Source of the DNA: Vicugna vicugna | Taxonomy: Eukaryota | NCBI GenBank assembly: GCA_013265495.1 | Contig: MU057999.1 | Span: 682,001-746,000 of the forward strand | Direction of reading: 5' to 3' | Length of the DNA: 64,000 bases | Part shown: one piece after another, positions 23,290-34,400 of the stretch | How the letters are laid out: each line of letters opens with the position of its first letter | Numbering within the stretch: position 1 is the stretch's first letter | The notes under the pieces: generated by a model | The model's database searches: none | What the model saw: the letters and a program-made list of their open reading frames with translations, nothing else | Told to the model about the DNA's origin: nothing | Made by a program: the position numbers and the translations under genes

Positions 23290-25770
23290 CATTCCCATCC
23301 TACTCCCAAGCCCTAGACCAGAGCAACTGCTAACCTCCTTTTTATGTGTTTGCTTATTCTGGACATTTCCTATAAATGGAATCATATGCTGTGTAGTTCT
23401 TTGTGTCTGCCTTCTTTCACTTAGCATAACGCTTTCAGAGTTCGTCATGTTTTAGCGTGTATCAGTACGTCCTTCCTTTTTACTGCCAAATAATATTTCA
23501 TTTTATGGCTATATCATATTTGTGTATCTTTTCATCAGTTGATAAACATTTGGGTTCTGCTCACTTTTAAGCTATTATGAACAATGCTGCCATGAACATT
23601 TGTGTTTAAGACTTTGTGTAGATGTGTATTTTCATTTCACTTGGGTTTGTGCCTCAGAGTGGAATTGCTGGGTTATATGGAGACTCTACATTTATCTGAT
23701 GAAAAACTGCCAAACTGTTTTCCAAAATGGCTGCACCACTTCACATTCTGACCAGCAATGTATGAGAGCTCCACTTTCTTCAATTCCTCACAAATACAAA
23801 TTGTCTGTCATTTTTTATTATAGTCTTAGTGAGTGTGAAGTAGTATCTCATTACAGTTTTGATTTGCGTTTTCCTAATGACTAATGATTTTAGCATCTTT
23901 TCATGTACCTATTGGTCAAGTATCTTCTGTGGAGAAATGTCCATTTCAAATCCTCTCCCATATTTAAATTGGGTTCTTTCTTTCCCTCCCTCCCTCTCTC
24001 TCTCTTCTCTCTCTCTTCTCTCTCTCTCTCCCTTTCTTCCTCTCTCCCTTTCTTTCTCTCTTTCTTTCTTTCTCTCTTTTTCTTTTTCTTTCTTTCCTTC
24101 CTTCCTTCTTTTCTTTCTTTCTTTCTTTCACTATTGAGCTCTAAGAATTCTTTCTTTCTTTCTTTCTTTCTTTCTCTTTTTCTCTTTCTTTCCTTCCTTC
24201 CTTCTTTTCTTTCTTTCTTTCACTATTGAGCTCTAAGAATTCTTTCTTTCTTTCTTTCTTTCTTGCTTTCTTTCTTTCTTTCACTATTGAGCTCTAAGAA
24301 TTCTTTATTTAATATAGCTATGAGTCTCACATCAGACATATGATTTGAAAATATTTTGTCCCATTCTGTGCATTGTCTTTTTACTTTCTGAAAAAGTTAA
24401 ATCTTGTATTTCTTTTGTTAAATGTATACTTAAGTATTTATTCTTTTTGATACTATTGTAAATGGAATTGTTTTCTTAATTCTGATTTTAAACTGTTCAA
24501 TTTTGAATTGCTAGTGCATAAAAATATAGTTGATTTTTATATATTGTTATTATTTCCTGCCACATTGCTGAACTCATTTATTAGTTCTTAATGTTTTAGT
24601 AGATACTTTAGCATTTCTGTATACAAGACCATGCCATCTGAAAATAGAATTTTACTTCTTCCTTTCCCATCTTGATACCTTTTATTCATTTCTCTGACCT
24701 ACTTGTCCTGACTAGAACTGCCAGTACAGGTTAAAAAAAAAACGTGATGAGAATGGATATCCTCATATTGCTCCTAATCTTAGGAAAAAATGTTTAGTCT
24801 TTTACCAGTTAGTATGATGCTAGTTGTAGGTTTTTTATAGATGCCCTTTAGCAGATAGAGGAAGTTCCCTTCTGTCCCTAGTTTGTTGAGTGTTTTTATC
24901 ATAAAAAGGTATTAATTTTTATCAAATATTTTTCTGCATTTATTGAAATGACCTTATGGTTTCTAACTTTTATTCCATAAATATGGTGTATTACATTAAT
25001 TGATTTTTGAAGGTTAAACAACTTGCATTCTCGGGATATCTCATTTTTTCATGGCATTGAATTCTTTTTAATATGTTGCTAGTTTGGGTTTGCTGGTATT
25101 TTGTTGAGGATTTTTATATCCATAGACATGAAGTTCTGCAGGGTTTTGTTTGTTTGTTTGTTTGTTTTAACCATGTGATGTGTTTGGCTGGTTTTGACAT
25201 CAGGGTAATACTGGTAATTCATAGAATGGGTTGAAAAGTGTTTCCTCCTCTTCTAACTTTCCCAAGAATTTGTGAAGAATTGGTATTAATTCTTCTTTAA
25301 TGTTTGGTAGAATTCACCGGTGAATCCTTCTGGCAAAAGGCTACTTATCTTTGTGGGAAACTTTAAAATGATAAATTTGATCTCTTTACTTGTTATAGGC
25401 CTATTCAGATCTTCTCTTTCTTTTTGAGTCAGTCTCAGTAATTTATGTCTTTCTAGTAATTTGTCCATTTTACTGAAGTTATCTAATCTGTTGATGTAAA
25501 GTTGTTGATAGTATCCCCTTATACTTCTGTTTATTTCTGTAAGGTCGGTAGTAATGTCTTCTCATTCCTGATCTGAGTTTTCCGCCTTTTCTCCTTGATC
25601 AGCCTCGCTAAAAGTTTGTCAAATTTGCTGATCTTTTTAAAGAATCAACTTTGGTTTTGTTGATTTTCTGTATTGTTTTTGTATTTTCTGTTTTATTAAT
25701 TTCCACACTACTTTTTATTTATTTCCTTCTGCTTGGTTTGGATGTAGTTTGTTCTTCTTTTTCTAGGATA
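23290..25770 (-). mobile_element. Old L1M (L1MB/MC-like) element, 3' UTR and ORF2 remnants
   Basis: CTGGACATTTCCTATAAATGGAATCATA 3' UTR; minus-strand peptide MDKLLERHKLLRLTQKEREDLNRPITSKEI...GFTGEFYQT matches L1 ORF2. Confidence 0.9.
23974..24306. repeat. Polypyrimidine (TC)n/(TTTC)n/(TTCC)n tract with three copies of a 25-bp unique unit
   Basis: CACTATTGAGCTCTAAGAATTCTTT at 24129, 24221 and 24282. Confidence 0.95.
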
Positions 25771-25889
25771 TACTGTTTTAATCTGAAAAAAAGGCATAAA
25801 ATTTGCTTCAAAGTGTTATTGCAAGGAATAAATGAAACATGTGTCTGGCATATAGTAGGTTCTTACTTATTCATCTTTGTTGTTTCAGA

Positions 25890-26230
25890 TCTATAAATCT
25901 AGCCTGATAATATCAACGTGAATTTTGAAATTTCCATCAAAGCATATTAGTCATGCTACTTAGCTGTGTATCACCTGCACATCTGATAAAACATGATTCC
26001 AATACCTGCATCCAAGATGTCGATGAAAACATTGGAGCAGGGCAGAAGCTAATGGTATGCCACTGCAAACCTCTTCCAGATGGACATCAATCCGTTAGTC
26101 AATGCTCTTTGGGCACAGTGGTTTAGCAATAAATCTACCCAGCTGTCCACATTTGCCCCTGCCAAATGCCCTGCTAAAGCTGTGCTGTCTGTGGCACTCC
26201 CCAAATCTCTCATCTCTGCAGTGGGTTGCC
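25890..26230 (-). mobile_element. CR1/L3 LINE fragment (part 2)
   Basis: AGCTGTGTATCACCTGCACATCTGATAA...CATCCAAG...GACATCAATCCGTTAGTCAATGCTCTTTGGG resembles the reverse L3 RT region. Confidence 0.6.
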
Positions 26231-26266
26231 GGCCTTGCCCATCTGTCATCTGTGCTCCTTCTTAGG

Positions 26267-26697
26267 TGTGATGGATTTAACTATTGGCCCCAGTTTTCAC
26301 CTCCCTGCATTCACACTCTTGCCATAGCCTTAGGAGTGGAGTACCCCCTTTATATCCTGTGCTCTGATTTGGGCCATATGGTTTGCCTTGGCCATTGGCA
26401 TGTGGATGAAAGCCATAATGTGTCAGTTCCAAGCCTAAGTCTTAAGAAGCCGCACATATTTCTACCCATCACCTTGTACCTCTGCCATCACCTTGAGCAG
26501 AGTGTGCCTAGACTAGTCCTCTGTTCCAAGGAGGATGAGAAATGTATGGAACAAACCTAGACTGGCAATCCTATGGCATGAAGCAGAGCCTCTCCAGCCA
26601 ACCCACAGATCCCTGAGAATAAATGATGGTTGTTTCAAGCCATCAGGTTTTACAGCAGATGGTTACACAACATCGGTACAATACTTGACTGATGCAC
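26267..26697 (+). mobile_element. MaLR solo LTR (MLT1G/H-like)
   Basis: TG start; GGCCATATGGTTTGCCTTGGCCA; AATAAATGATGGTTGTTTCAAGCC; TGACTGATGCA end. Confidence 0.75.
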
Positions 26698-27220
26698 AAA
26701 AAAAAGACCCATTGGAAAGTTGCACGTGTGGTGCTTCACCAGATGTGAGAAGCAATGGTAGAGCCACCGTTAAGCCCAGACTCCGCTCTGAGTCTCAGTG
26801 CAAAGAGCTCTGGGCTAAGGATGGTTCAGGAGGAGTCTAATCTTGGCCCCAACACCCTTGGGCAGTTCTCATGTCTCTCTACCTGCAACACAAAGGCTTC
26901 CCACCAGCACAGCAGTCCTCTGCCATTTTTCTCTGGTGGGTCAGATCTGGTGGGCAATGGCCATCTGTAAGGTGCATTTCCTCCACAATAACCAGATTTT
27001 GACAAAACTCTGAAAGATAGTTTTGGAGAAGTAAGTCACTTCAGTAATTGATGAACACCACCACACCTAGTGGTGAGGCAGTAAAGGGAGTGAATACAAG
27101 GTCCTGGCTCAGAACCTGGGGTCTGTGAGTGATGTGAAAGTCCAGCATCTCCACAGATTACTTAACCTCTCTCTTTTCCATTCAAGAAAGGGGGTGAGGG
27201 GTTAGATTGTTATTATTCAC

Positions 27221-28462
27221 CAGAGGCCAGTTCACCTGCGAGTGAGTGAAACTTCAACTTCAGCCCCCCACTTCCCAGGTTTCTTTCAAGAATCCTGGGA
27301 GGGACCTTCACCATGTGTGTCATACACAGTCTATATTTTTGTAAAATTTGCAAAGCCGAAGGGTTTGAACTGCACTAGTGAAACCACTGTCACCTCCCTT
27401 CTGTCTTCTACTCTGTCAAGCTTCTCTTTGTGTCAGGTGACATTGGAGTGGCCAAGGGCTTCCCTGATATCTGTTACGGGGGCTTGAGCTGGGATGTATT
27501 TAGTTTGTGTTTAGTGGGATATATTTCTGTGGTTTGCCATCACTCTCAAGGATAAGTCATTGCTGGCCATGCTGCTATAGGAATGGCTTCCAGTAATGTG
27601 CCTACTGCCCATTCTGCAGACTCTCTCAGCATCATGACATGAATGCACCTGGGGCAGCTGCTGAAATAGGTGTGTAATGCAGGTGACTCAAGCCTTGAAA
27701 TGTACAAAGATGACGGTGGGATAATCTTCTGATTATCAGGCATATAAAATTATAAACAACAGATTTAATTCTCATCAATGCCTCGTCAGAACAGGAGCTC
27801 ACTTATACAAGTATATCCTCAGAAAGCAGAAGAGACAATTATACTTGACTATATATATCCTTTTTCCCCTTTTTCAATGGGAATCATGTAAAGTAGAACT
27901 GATTAGAATTCTCTTGTTACAGGCAAACCTCAAGTACAACTGTAGCTGCTCATATGTGAAAGAAACTTGATAAAAGTTTTCTTAAATTTATCAACAATCC
28001 TAAAAACTCATGGGACATTACCAGTAAGGAGAGGTGAAGCTAGAAAAAAACTTTTCTCAACTATCAATAGCTTACACCAAATTTTAACCAGCTGACCAAG
28101 GAGAAAGATTGAATGTCTATCAATTCTTTCTAGAGAAAATATTACACAATCATTTTCACATGGAGACTTAATCAAAGAATGTGCAGCCAAAGACTATATT
28201 GCAAAGCATTATTGAGGCACATCACGCAATGAATTATTCTTTTTAATATATTAATATTAAAATATATTTTCTGGATTTTGTCTCACATATGTATTATCAT
28301 CACTTGGTTGTGTTTGCCCTCAAATTTGTAATTTGCTATCATTTCCTCTCTCATTCTAAAAAATACTTGTTTTGTATTTAACTTTGTAATTTTGATTTTT
28401 TTTTAAATGTACCGCCCAAATTGTATAGATTTTGGCCCTCATGAAACCATTTTCCACCCCTG
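27221..28462 (+). mobile_element. hAT-Tip100 (Zaphod-like) DNA transposon fossil with decayed transposase C-terminus
   Basis: Ends CAGAGGCCAGTT... / ...TTTCCACCCCTG; 27961-28195 translates across frameshifts to VFLNLSTILKTHGTLPVRRGEA..NFSQLSI..ERLN..SILSRENITQSFSHGDLIKECAAK, resembling the hAT dimerisation domain. Confidence 0.75.
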
Positions 28463-29229
28463 CTTGCCAGAGGTCACACCCCAAATGCCTGCGAGGGGCC
28501 ACCAGTACCTTCACTGGAGAGGTGGTGAGCCCACTCAGGGACCCACGGTGTCACTCGGAGAGTCCCACTTCCAGCTGCAGGAGCGGGGACACTTAGCTCC
28601 CATCAAGGGCTGACACCAGTCCTGGGCTTTCCAAGAGAAGCTGATAATATGATTTTTATGTGACTTCTTTAAAGTTAGCACATACATACTATGTGAGCTG
28701 CTATTTTTTACCCTTTCTTATGGTAACTTTACCACTCTCTCTAATTTGTCTTTTAAAAAGTAAACAATTTGTAAGTGCCAGTGCTTTACTGTGGACAACA
28801 ATGACTCGCCGTGGGCCTCCCGGTGACACCGATAGGTCAGGACATTGCAACCGGGATGGGACCTAGGGACTCTCTAGGGTCCTGCCAGCTCTGATGCTCC
28901 GACGTCTCCCACCAGTGGGCTCCCTGCCATCTGGCATCAGTGCTGATGAGGAAAAACCATGAACCATAGTGACCAGGACACCTTCCCTGGCCAGGGGCCG
29001 CCAGGGAGCCCAGAGGAGCCAGGGCAGCAGAAGCCACATGCACAGAGCCGGGGCTGTGTCCTCTGTGGCCCTGAAGGACAGGAGTGTGTGGAAGGGCAGG
29101 GGGGATTGCAAGAGTTAATGTGATAATGTCTGTTGATTATTTTAAGCCACATGGAGGAAAAATAAATTATAAATAGCAAGGGCTATAACAGATTCAAAGG
29201 GTAAGTGTATTGCTAGCCTTTTCCTCTTC

Positions 29230-30560
29230 CTAAGATTTCCGATGTTTCAAAACAAGATTATTTCGGGAGCGCATCTATTTTAATGCAAAAGATTCTCCTT
29301 GAAACACGTTTCAGGGTGAGAGAGCCCATCTCCTTCTGTTCTCCTCTCGCTTTTTCCACGTAAAGGCAAAGCTCTGGTTTCACACACCTCGTGCCGCCTC
29401 CAGCCTTTAAAAACCTTTCCGGGCACCACTCGGCCACCATGCATATTAGCAAAGAGCTGGCTTCGGGTCGGGCTTGACGTTCTAATCCCCAGAATCCGCC
29501 TTGTTTACCACTTGACAGCAGGCTTCATTTGGAAGGAGGTGCTTTGTAACTCCCAGCGAGCGCAACGTACACTGACACGCACATGCACACATATAGGCAC
29601 GCGCGTGCATACATACGCACGCACACACACGCACACACAGCAAGAATGTTCCCTGATCTCCGGGGGCAGGCTGAGCTGTCACTCGCTCCCTCTACCAGCA
29701 GCAAACCAGGCTAGGAGATGCGAAAGGGCTGGCAGGGAGCGAAAGTTTGACCCGCATGCAAGGGCTGGTTCATAAGGGGCATTTCGACTTTTCTGGAGCA
29801 GCCTCTGGATCCCGGCCACGGATGGTCCGAGCCTTAACAAGCTGGTATTTCTTCATTCGCACAACATAACTTCCCCAGATCCACAGCCCCCGCCTCCAGC
29901 GCCAGCTGCTGAAGTCAGGCAGGCAGCTCAGATTCCGGCGGCTCCTGTTGCTCTCACCGGGATTAGCACAGGGAACGGCAGGCCGGAGCGCGGGGGGTGG
30001 CGTGGCCTTCTCCTCTTCCAGCCTGGCTGCAGTTATGTCTTTGCAAGCACTTATTTTTTTAAAAACGACTTTTGCTGTCTTGCAGGCATGTCTTAACCAT
30101 GATCTCTCTTTCTCTCTCCTTGTCCACCGTGCACACCTGTCGTCCTCCGGTTTGAAGCTGCTTCCTCCGCTCTGATGTTTACGGAGATTTGAAATTGGAA
30201 AAGTTGGTTCCAACAGACGGAATAAAGACACTGCCACCATCTCGAACTCCACTTAAAACACGTCGCGCAGTCTGCAGAGGGGAGGGCAGCGGGATTCGTT
30301 GCATCCGACCTGGCAAAAAGAGATGCCGTTTAACAGGGAGGGGAGGGGAAGAAACCCATTTTCCCCTCTCAACATGCGCTTCTATTGAATAAAGATGAAC
30401 TCAGATTCAACAGTGTTAAGACTGTTGAAATCATGAGTTTGATTAAGATGGGCGATCAGTTAGCAAACACTGAAGATGAGTTGTTTATAAGCTCAGCAAA
30501 TGCAAATTGGTGATTCACCTCTCCCGCTGATCGGTGTGACTTTGGCAAGGCCTTGGCCTT
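29230..30560. promoter_or_regulatory. Candidate enhancer or promoter-like unique, CpG-enriched region
   Basis: About 1.3 kb with no recognisable interspersed repeat and CpG visibly above background; TGTTTAC (29502, 30176), TGACAG, TGACGT, ATGCAAAT (30500). Confidence 0.45.
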
Positions 30561-30789
30561 GCATCCGGCCTAAGTGTGGGGCTGCAATGGTTCACTGATC
30601 TCCCATGGGGTCCACGCAGGTAGGCTGAAGAAGGACAAAGGCCACATTTCATGCAAAGAGCCAACCAAATGTGGAGAAATGATAGAGGATTCTGAACTGT
30701 TATAAATAAATTCCTTATTGTGGAATCAATCCGTGTGCTTCTTAAATAGAAATACTCATATGGCAGCTTAAAAATTCCTTGGCTATTTA

Positions 30790-30995
30790 TGGATAAAATG
30801 CTATGATGTCTAGGATTTGCCTAAAATACTCTAGGAAAAAATGTTTTTAAAATGTCTGTACGTGTGTGTTGAGGAAGAAACATATATACAGATGAAATTA
30901 TCAAAGTGTTCAGAATTGTCAAAGTTGGGTGATGGGGACATGGGGGTTTGTTGTATTAGTCTCTCTACTTTTGTGTCTGTTGGAAATTTCCCAAA
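30790..30995 (+). mobile_element. Old L1M 3' end fragment
   Basis: TATGATGTCTAGGATTTGC...GGGTGATGGGGACATGGGGGTT...TCTCTCTACTTTTGTGT...TGGAAATTTCC. Confidence 0.7.
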
Positions 30996-31112
30996 ATGTA
31001 CATCTCCCCTGAACCTCTACAAAAATTCCCTGGAGAGGCAGGTAAACTCTGAAGCAGGAGACAAGCAGAGAGATTCACAACATAAAAAGAGAAGACGTGG
31101 AAGAAAAACATG

Positions 31113-31195
31113 TGTACGCATGACTGCGACAGTGTGCTGCACACCAGAAATTGACACATTGTAACTGACTATACTTCAATTAAAAAAAAAAAAAA
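31113..31195 (+). mobile_element. Very short young L1 3' tip with poly(A) and TSD
   Basis: ACACCAGAAATTGACACATTGTAACTGACTATACTTCAATT plus poly(A); TSD AAGAAAAACATG (31101) / AAGAAGAACATG (31196). Confidence 0.9.
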
Positions 31196-31289
31196 AAGAA
31201 GAACATGAAGGGCCAAGCAGATAGAGGGACAACGTGCATGAGCAGACACCTGCTTAAAAAGAATTTACGTCTAATAAAATCTGAAAACC

Positions 31290-32173
31290 TGTTCTAACTC
31301 ACTAAAACAATGAAAGACATTTAAATGCAAGCACTAGGTTGCCTTTTTTCTTCCCCGTGCACTGAGCAGAAGTTTAAGGTGTGGGAGCTCCTAACTTCAG
31401 GGAGCGTCAGTACCAGGCCTCCTGTAGCAGCTGCTGAGTGCATCCTGGGACAACTTTTTGGAAGGCAAATTAGCAGTGTGATTTCAACAACCTTAAATTT
31501 TTTCCTATCCATTGAGCCAGTAATTCCACTTCTAGGAATTTTGCCTAAGGAAACAAGCAAAGATGTGCACGGTGATTTGTGATTTGTGATTTGTGTAGAC
31601 GAATGATTGTGCTAGCGTTATATGGAGGAATAAAAACAACTAGAAATGACCCAAACACTCAACAATAAGGGACCCCTTAGATAATTTTGAATAATTAATT
31701 TGCATATTTATTCAACTGAGATTTATCAAGAGCCCTTACAAGTCACACACAGGGGACACAAAGATGAGTAAGACATAGCCCCTGTCCCCAGGGAGATGAC
31801 AGGGCCATGGGAATGTAGACAAGTAAACAGGTGACAAAGGCCATTTATATAACGGAGTATCCTGCAGATAAAAACAGAAGTTGCAAAGGATGATTTTGCT
31901 TTAAGGTAAATGCAGGATAAAAAATTATATATACAGCCCTATGTAAAAATATTTAAATAAAAATATAAAGATTGAAAAGCAATATGCAATATGTTAACAG
32001 ATTTACCTTTAGCATGGGGATAATGGCGAATTATTTTTTCCTTAGACTTTTCTCTAACTTGCAAAACTTTCTCTATCAAAATACATAATCTCATAGTTAG
32101 AAAAAATAACCATAAAAGAGGGAAGCATGCTACATTTAATGAATGCCTATCACATGCCATAGATTTCTGGGCA

Positions 32174-32210
<37 letters not shown>

Positions 32211-32660
32211 AGCACATACGGAGTTTCATTTAACTGGCAAGTTTTAGAGATAGACTTTATTTTTAATTTTTTTAAATATCCAGCTTCCTATTTTTATTAT
32301 TGAATAAGTTATATAGTCACATGGTTCCAAAATCAAAACAATATAAAATGACATGTAGTGAAAAATCTCACCCTTGCCTTGAAGCACTGTGCTCTGCACC
32401 ACTGTCCCCATCTTCATACCAGATTTAACCACTTTTATTAAGTTCTGTGTATTACTTATATAAATATAAGCAAATAAAGTACATTTTTATATTCCTCCTT
32501 TCTTATGCAAAACACAGCATGTTATACATACTACTTCCCATCTTGCTTTCTCACTAAAAAGTCTACCTCTTATAGTTGTGAGGAATGAAAGTACTTCCTC
32601 ATTTTTAATGCCTGCATAGTATTTCAGTGTGGATATATTGAAATCTGACTAATTAGTCCC
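31290..32660. mobile_element. Cluster of old L1M fragments (both strands) with an L2 piece at about 31700-31830
   Basis: CCAGTAATTCCACTTCTAGGAATTT; CAAACACTCAACAATAAGGG; GCATGTTATACATACT...TGCATAGTATTTCAGTGTGG. Confidence 0.6.
32177..32208. repeat. (CA)n microsatellite
   Basis: Direct dinucleotide run. Confidence 0.95.
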
Positions 32661-33128
32661 TAGTTCTGCTGCAGATGAAATTTGCATTTTTCCCTGTTAA
32701 TCTGTATGCTTCTCAAAGGATAAGACCTAGTTTGAATGTAGAGTTTGCAAATTTTTTCCCCTATGAGGCCAATGGTTTCTAATAGAGTAAGATTCGGCTC
32801 AAAGTCACTTGTCACAGTTCCGTTTTATAGAAGAGGGGTAGAAGCCTCAGGGAGGCTCAGTGAATTGGCCAAAGTCACATGCTAGACTGTGACTGACCGA
32901 GGTTCTGTCAGGGACAGAGCTCATGGTTTTTCAGTCAGAGCTGGACTGAGAACTATTACAGACATAGTAAAAGAACATACAGGAAACTTAGAGTTTTGTA
33001 TAAAGGTTAATTATTAGCTTCTTATAATTATTTAGGCATAGAAGAGGAAACAGTGGAGACTTCTGAATAACTGTGAGCAGGAAAACTCATAGGTAAGGAT
33101 GGGGAGTGGGTGATCAAAAGATCTAGGA

Positions 33129-33247
33129 GGATGGAGGGTATAGCTCAGTGGTAGACTGTGTGCTTAGCATGCACAAGTTCCTGGATTCAATCCCCAGTAC
33201 CTGGGGATTAAAAAGAAATAGAAACTTTCTTTCCAAAATAAATTTTT
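33129..33247 (+). mobile_element. tRNA-derived SINE (camelid-type) with TSD
   Basis: GGAGGGTATAGCTCAGTGGTAGA...GCTTAGCATGCACAAGTTCCTGGATTCAATCCCCAGTACC; flanks AAAAGATCTAGGA / AAAAAATCTAGGA. Confidence 0.92.
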
Positions 33248-34279
33248 AAAAAATCTAGGAGGACTTTGCAGTGAGTTTGAGATACCCATGTCCATTGGAA
33301 TTAAGAAATGTGTTGTTTTTGAGCGAGAGAAGTCCTGCGTGGGCAATTGCTTAGCACTCTTTTCTTGAGCTCGAGGTGGAGGCAGTGCCTGGCCGTGATC
33401 CTTCAGTGTGGGGTTTCGGCAGAGGGTCTGGGTGTGTGTATGTGTGTGTGGTGGGGCAGGTGTTGAAGCTGTTGGCAAGGGGCCAGATGGGAGTTCAAAC
33501 AGGCTGAAAACCAAAAGCAACAGTGTCCTCATTCCCTAGGTTAAATACAAGGGATCCTGAGAATGTGCTGGCAAGTAAGAGACCATGAGACTGAGTGTCC
33601 AAACAGAGAGCAGACATTTCCAGCTTTTCTCAGCTCTGTTCAGCAGAGACAGGTCAGAGGTTTACAAGATAGACCCACCTTTCTTCCCTCTGCTCTCCAG
33701 TGTAGGGTTGGGTTAGGGTAGGATTGCCAGATAAAATACAGGACACTTCATTATAGCTGAAATCATCCCTGTTCCACAACTTTACATCACTAGGAGACAG
33801 AGACCACCACAAACTGTCAACTAACTGTCAGCTGAGAAATAGACACCATGTTCCAACAGAGCTTCTGCAGGCAGGAGAGCAGAGGAGGAGCAGCTTAGGA
33901 GAACCTGTGAAAAGGGAAACAAGGAAAAGAGGGCACAGACAGAACCATACAGAAAAAGAAACAGCAACAATAGTGTCAAAACACTGAATACGGGGTGGGA
34001 CATGGCAGTTCACAGCATCAACCGAAGGGAAAATGGCTTAGGAGTGTGTTAACAGGACTGGAACTGGCTGCAACATAGCTTCTGCGAGATATTCTAGTAA
34101 GTAGAGATCAGTTACGTCCTTGCAGACTGGCAGTGAAGGGAAAGTTGTAAGGAAGGGAGGAAAAATACCGATCCTGCAGAAATGAAAAAGGAACAAAACA
34201 AATATTTAAAAGTGCATTCAAGAAAACTTTCCAGAAGTGAGAGAAAATTAAATAATCATATTAAAATGGCCCGTCATCT

Positions 34280-34400
34280 TGTCAAAAACTGAAGAGTCTT
34301 ATATTTTATCCTACATGTAAGATAATCAGTTAGCCTGTGGCCACAGCTTCATGGTTGTCCATAGGAAACGTGAGAGTCCTAGGTCAGAGAATAAAAGTAC
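34280..34400 (-). mobile_element. Older ERVL-type LTR end fragment
   Basis: TGTCAAAAACTGAAGAGTC...TTTTATCCTAC...AGTTAGCCTG..CCACAGCTTCATGG...GGTCAGAGA resembles a reversed eutherian LTR terminus. Confidence 0.5.

Noticed and set aside
24129..24306. Three identical 25-bp repeats with spacers, superficially CRISPR-like
   Set aside because: Spacers are TTTC microsatellite, the unit is L1-derived, the DNA is mammalian, and there are no cas genes
33129..33205. tRNA-like sequence with A and B boxes
   Set aside because: It is the head of a SINE with an A-rich tail and TSD, present in five copies; not a tRNA gene
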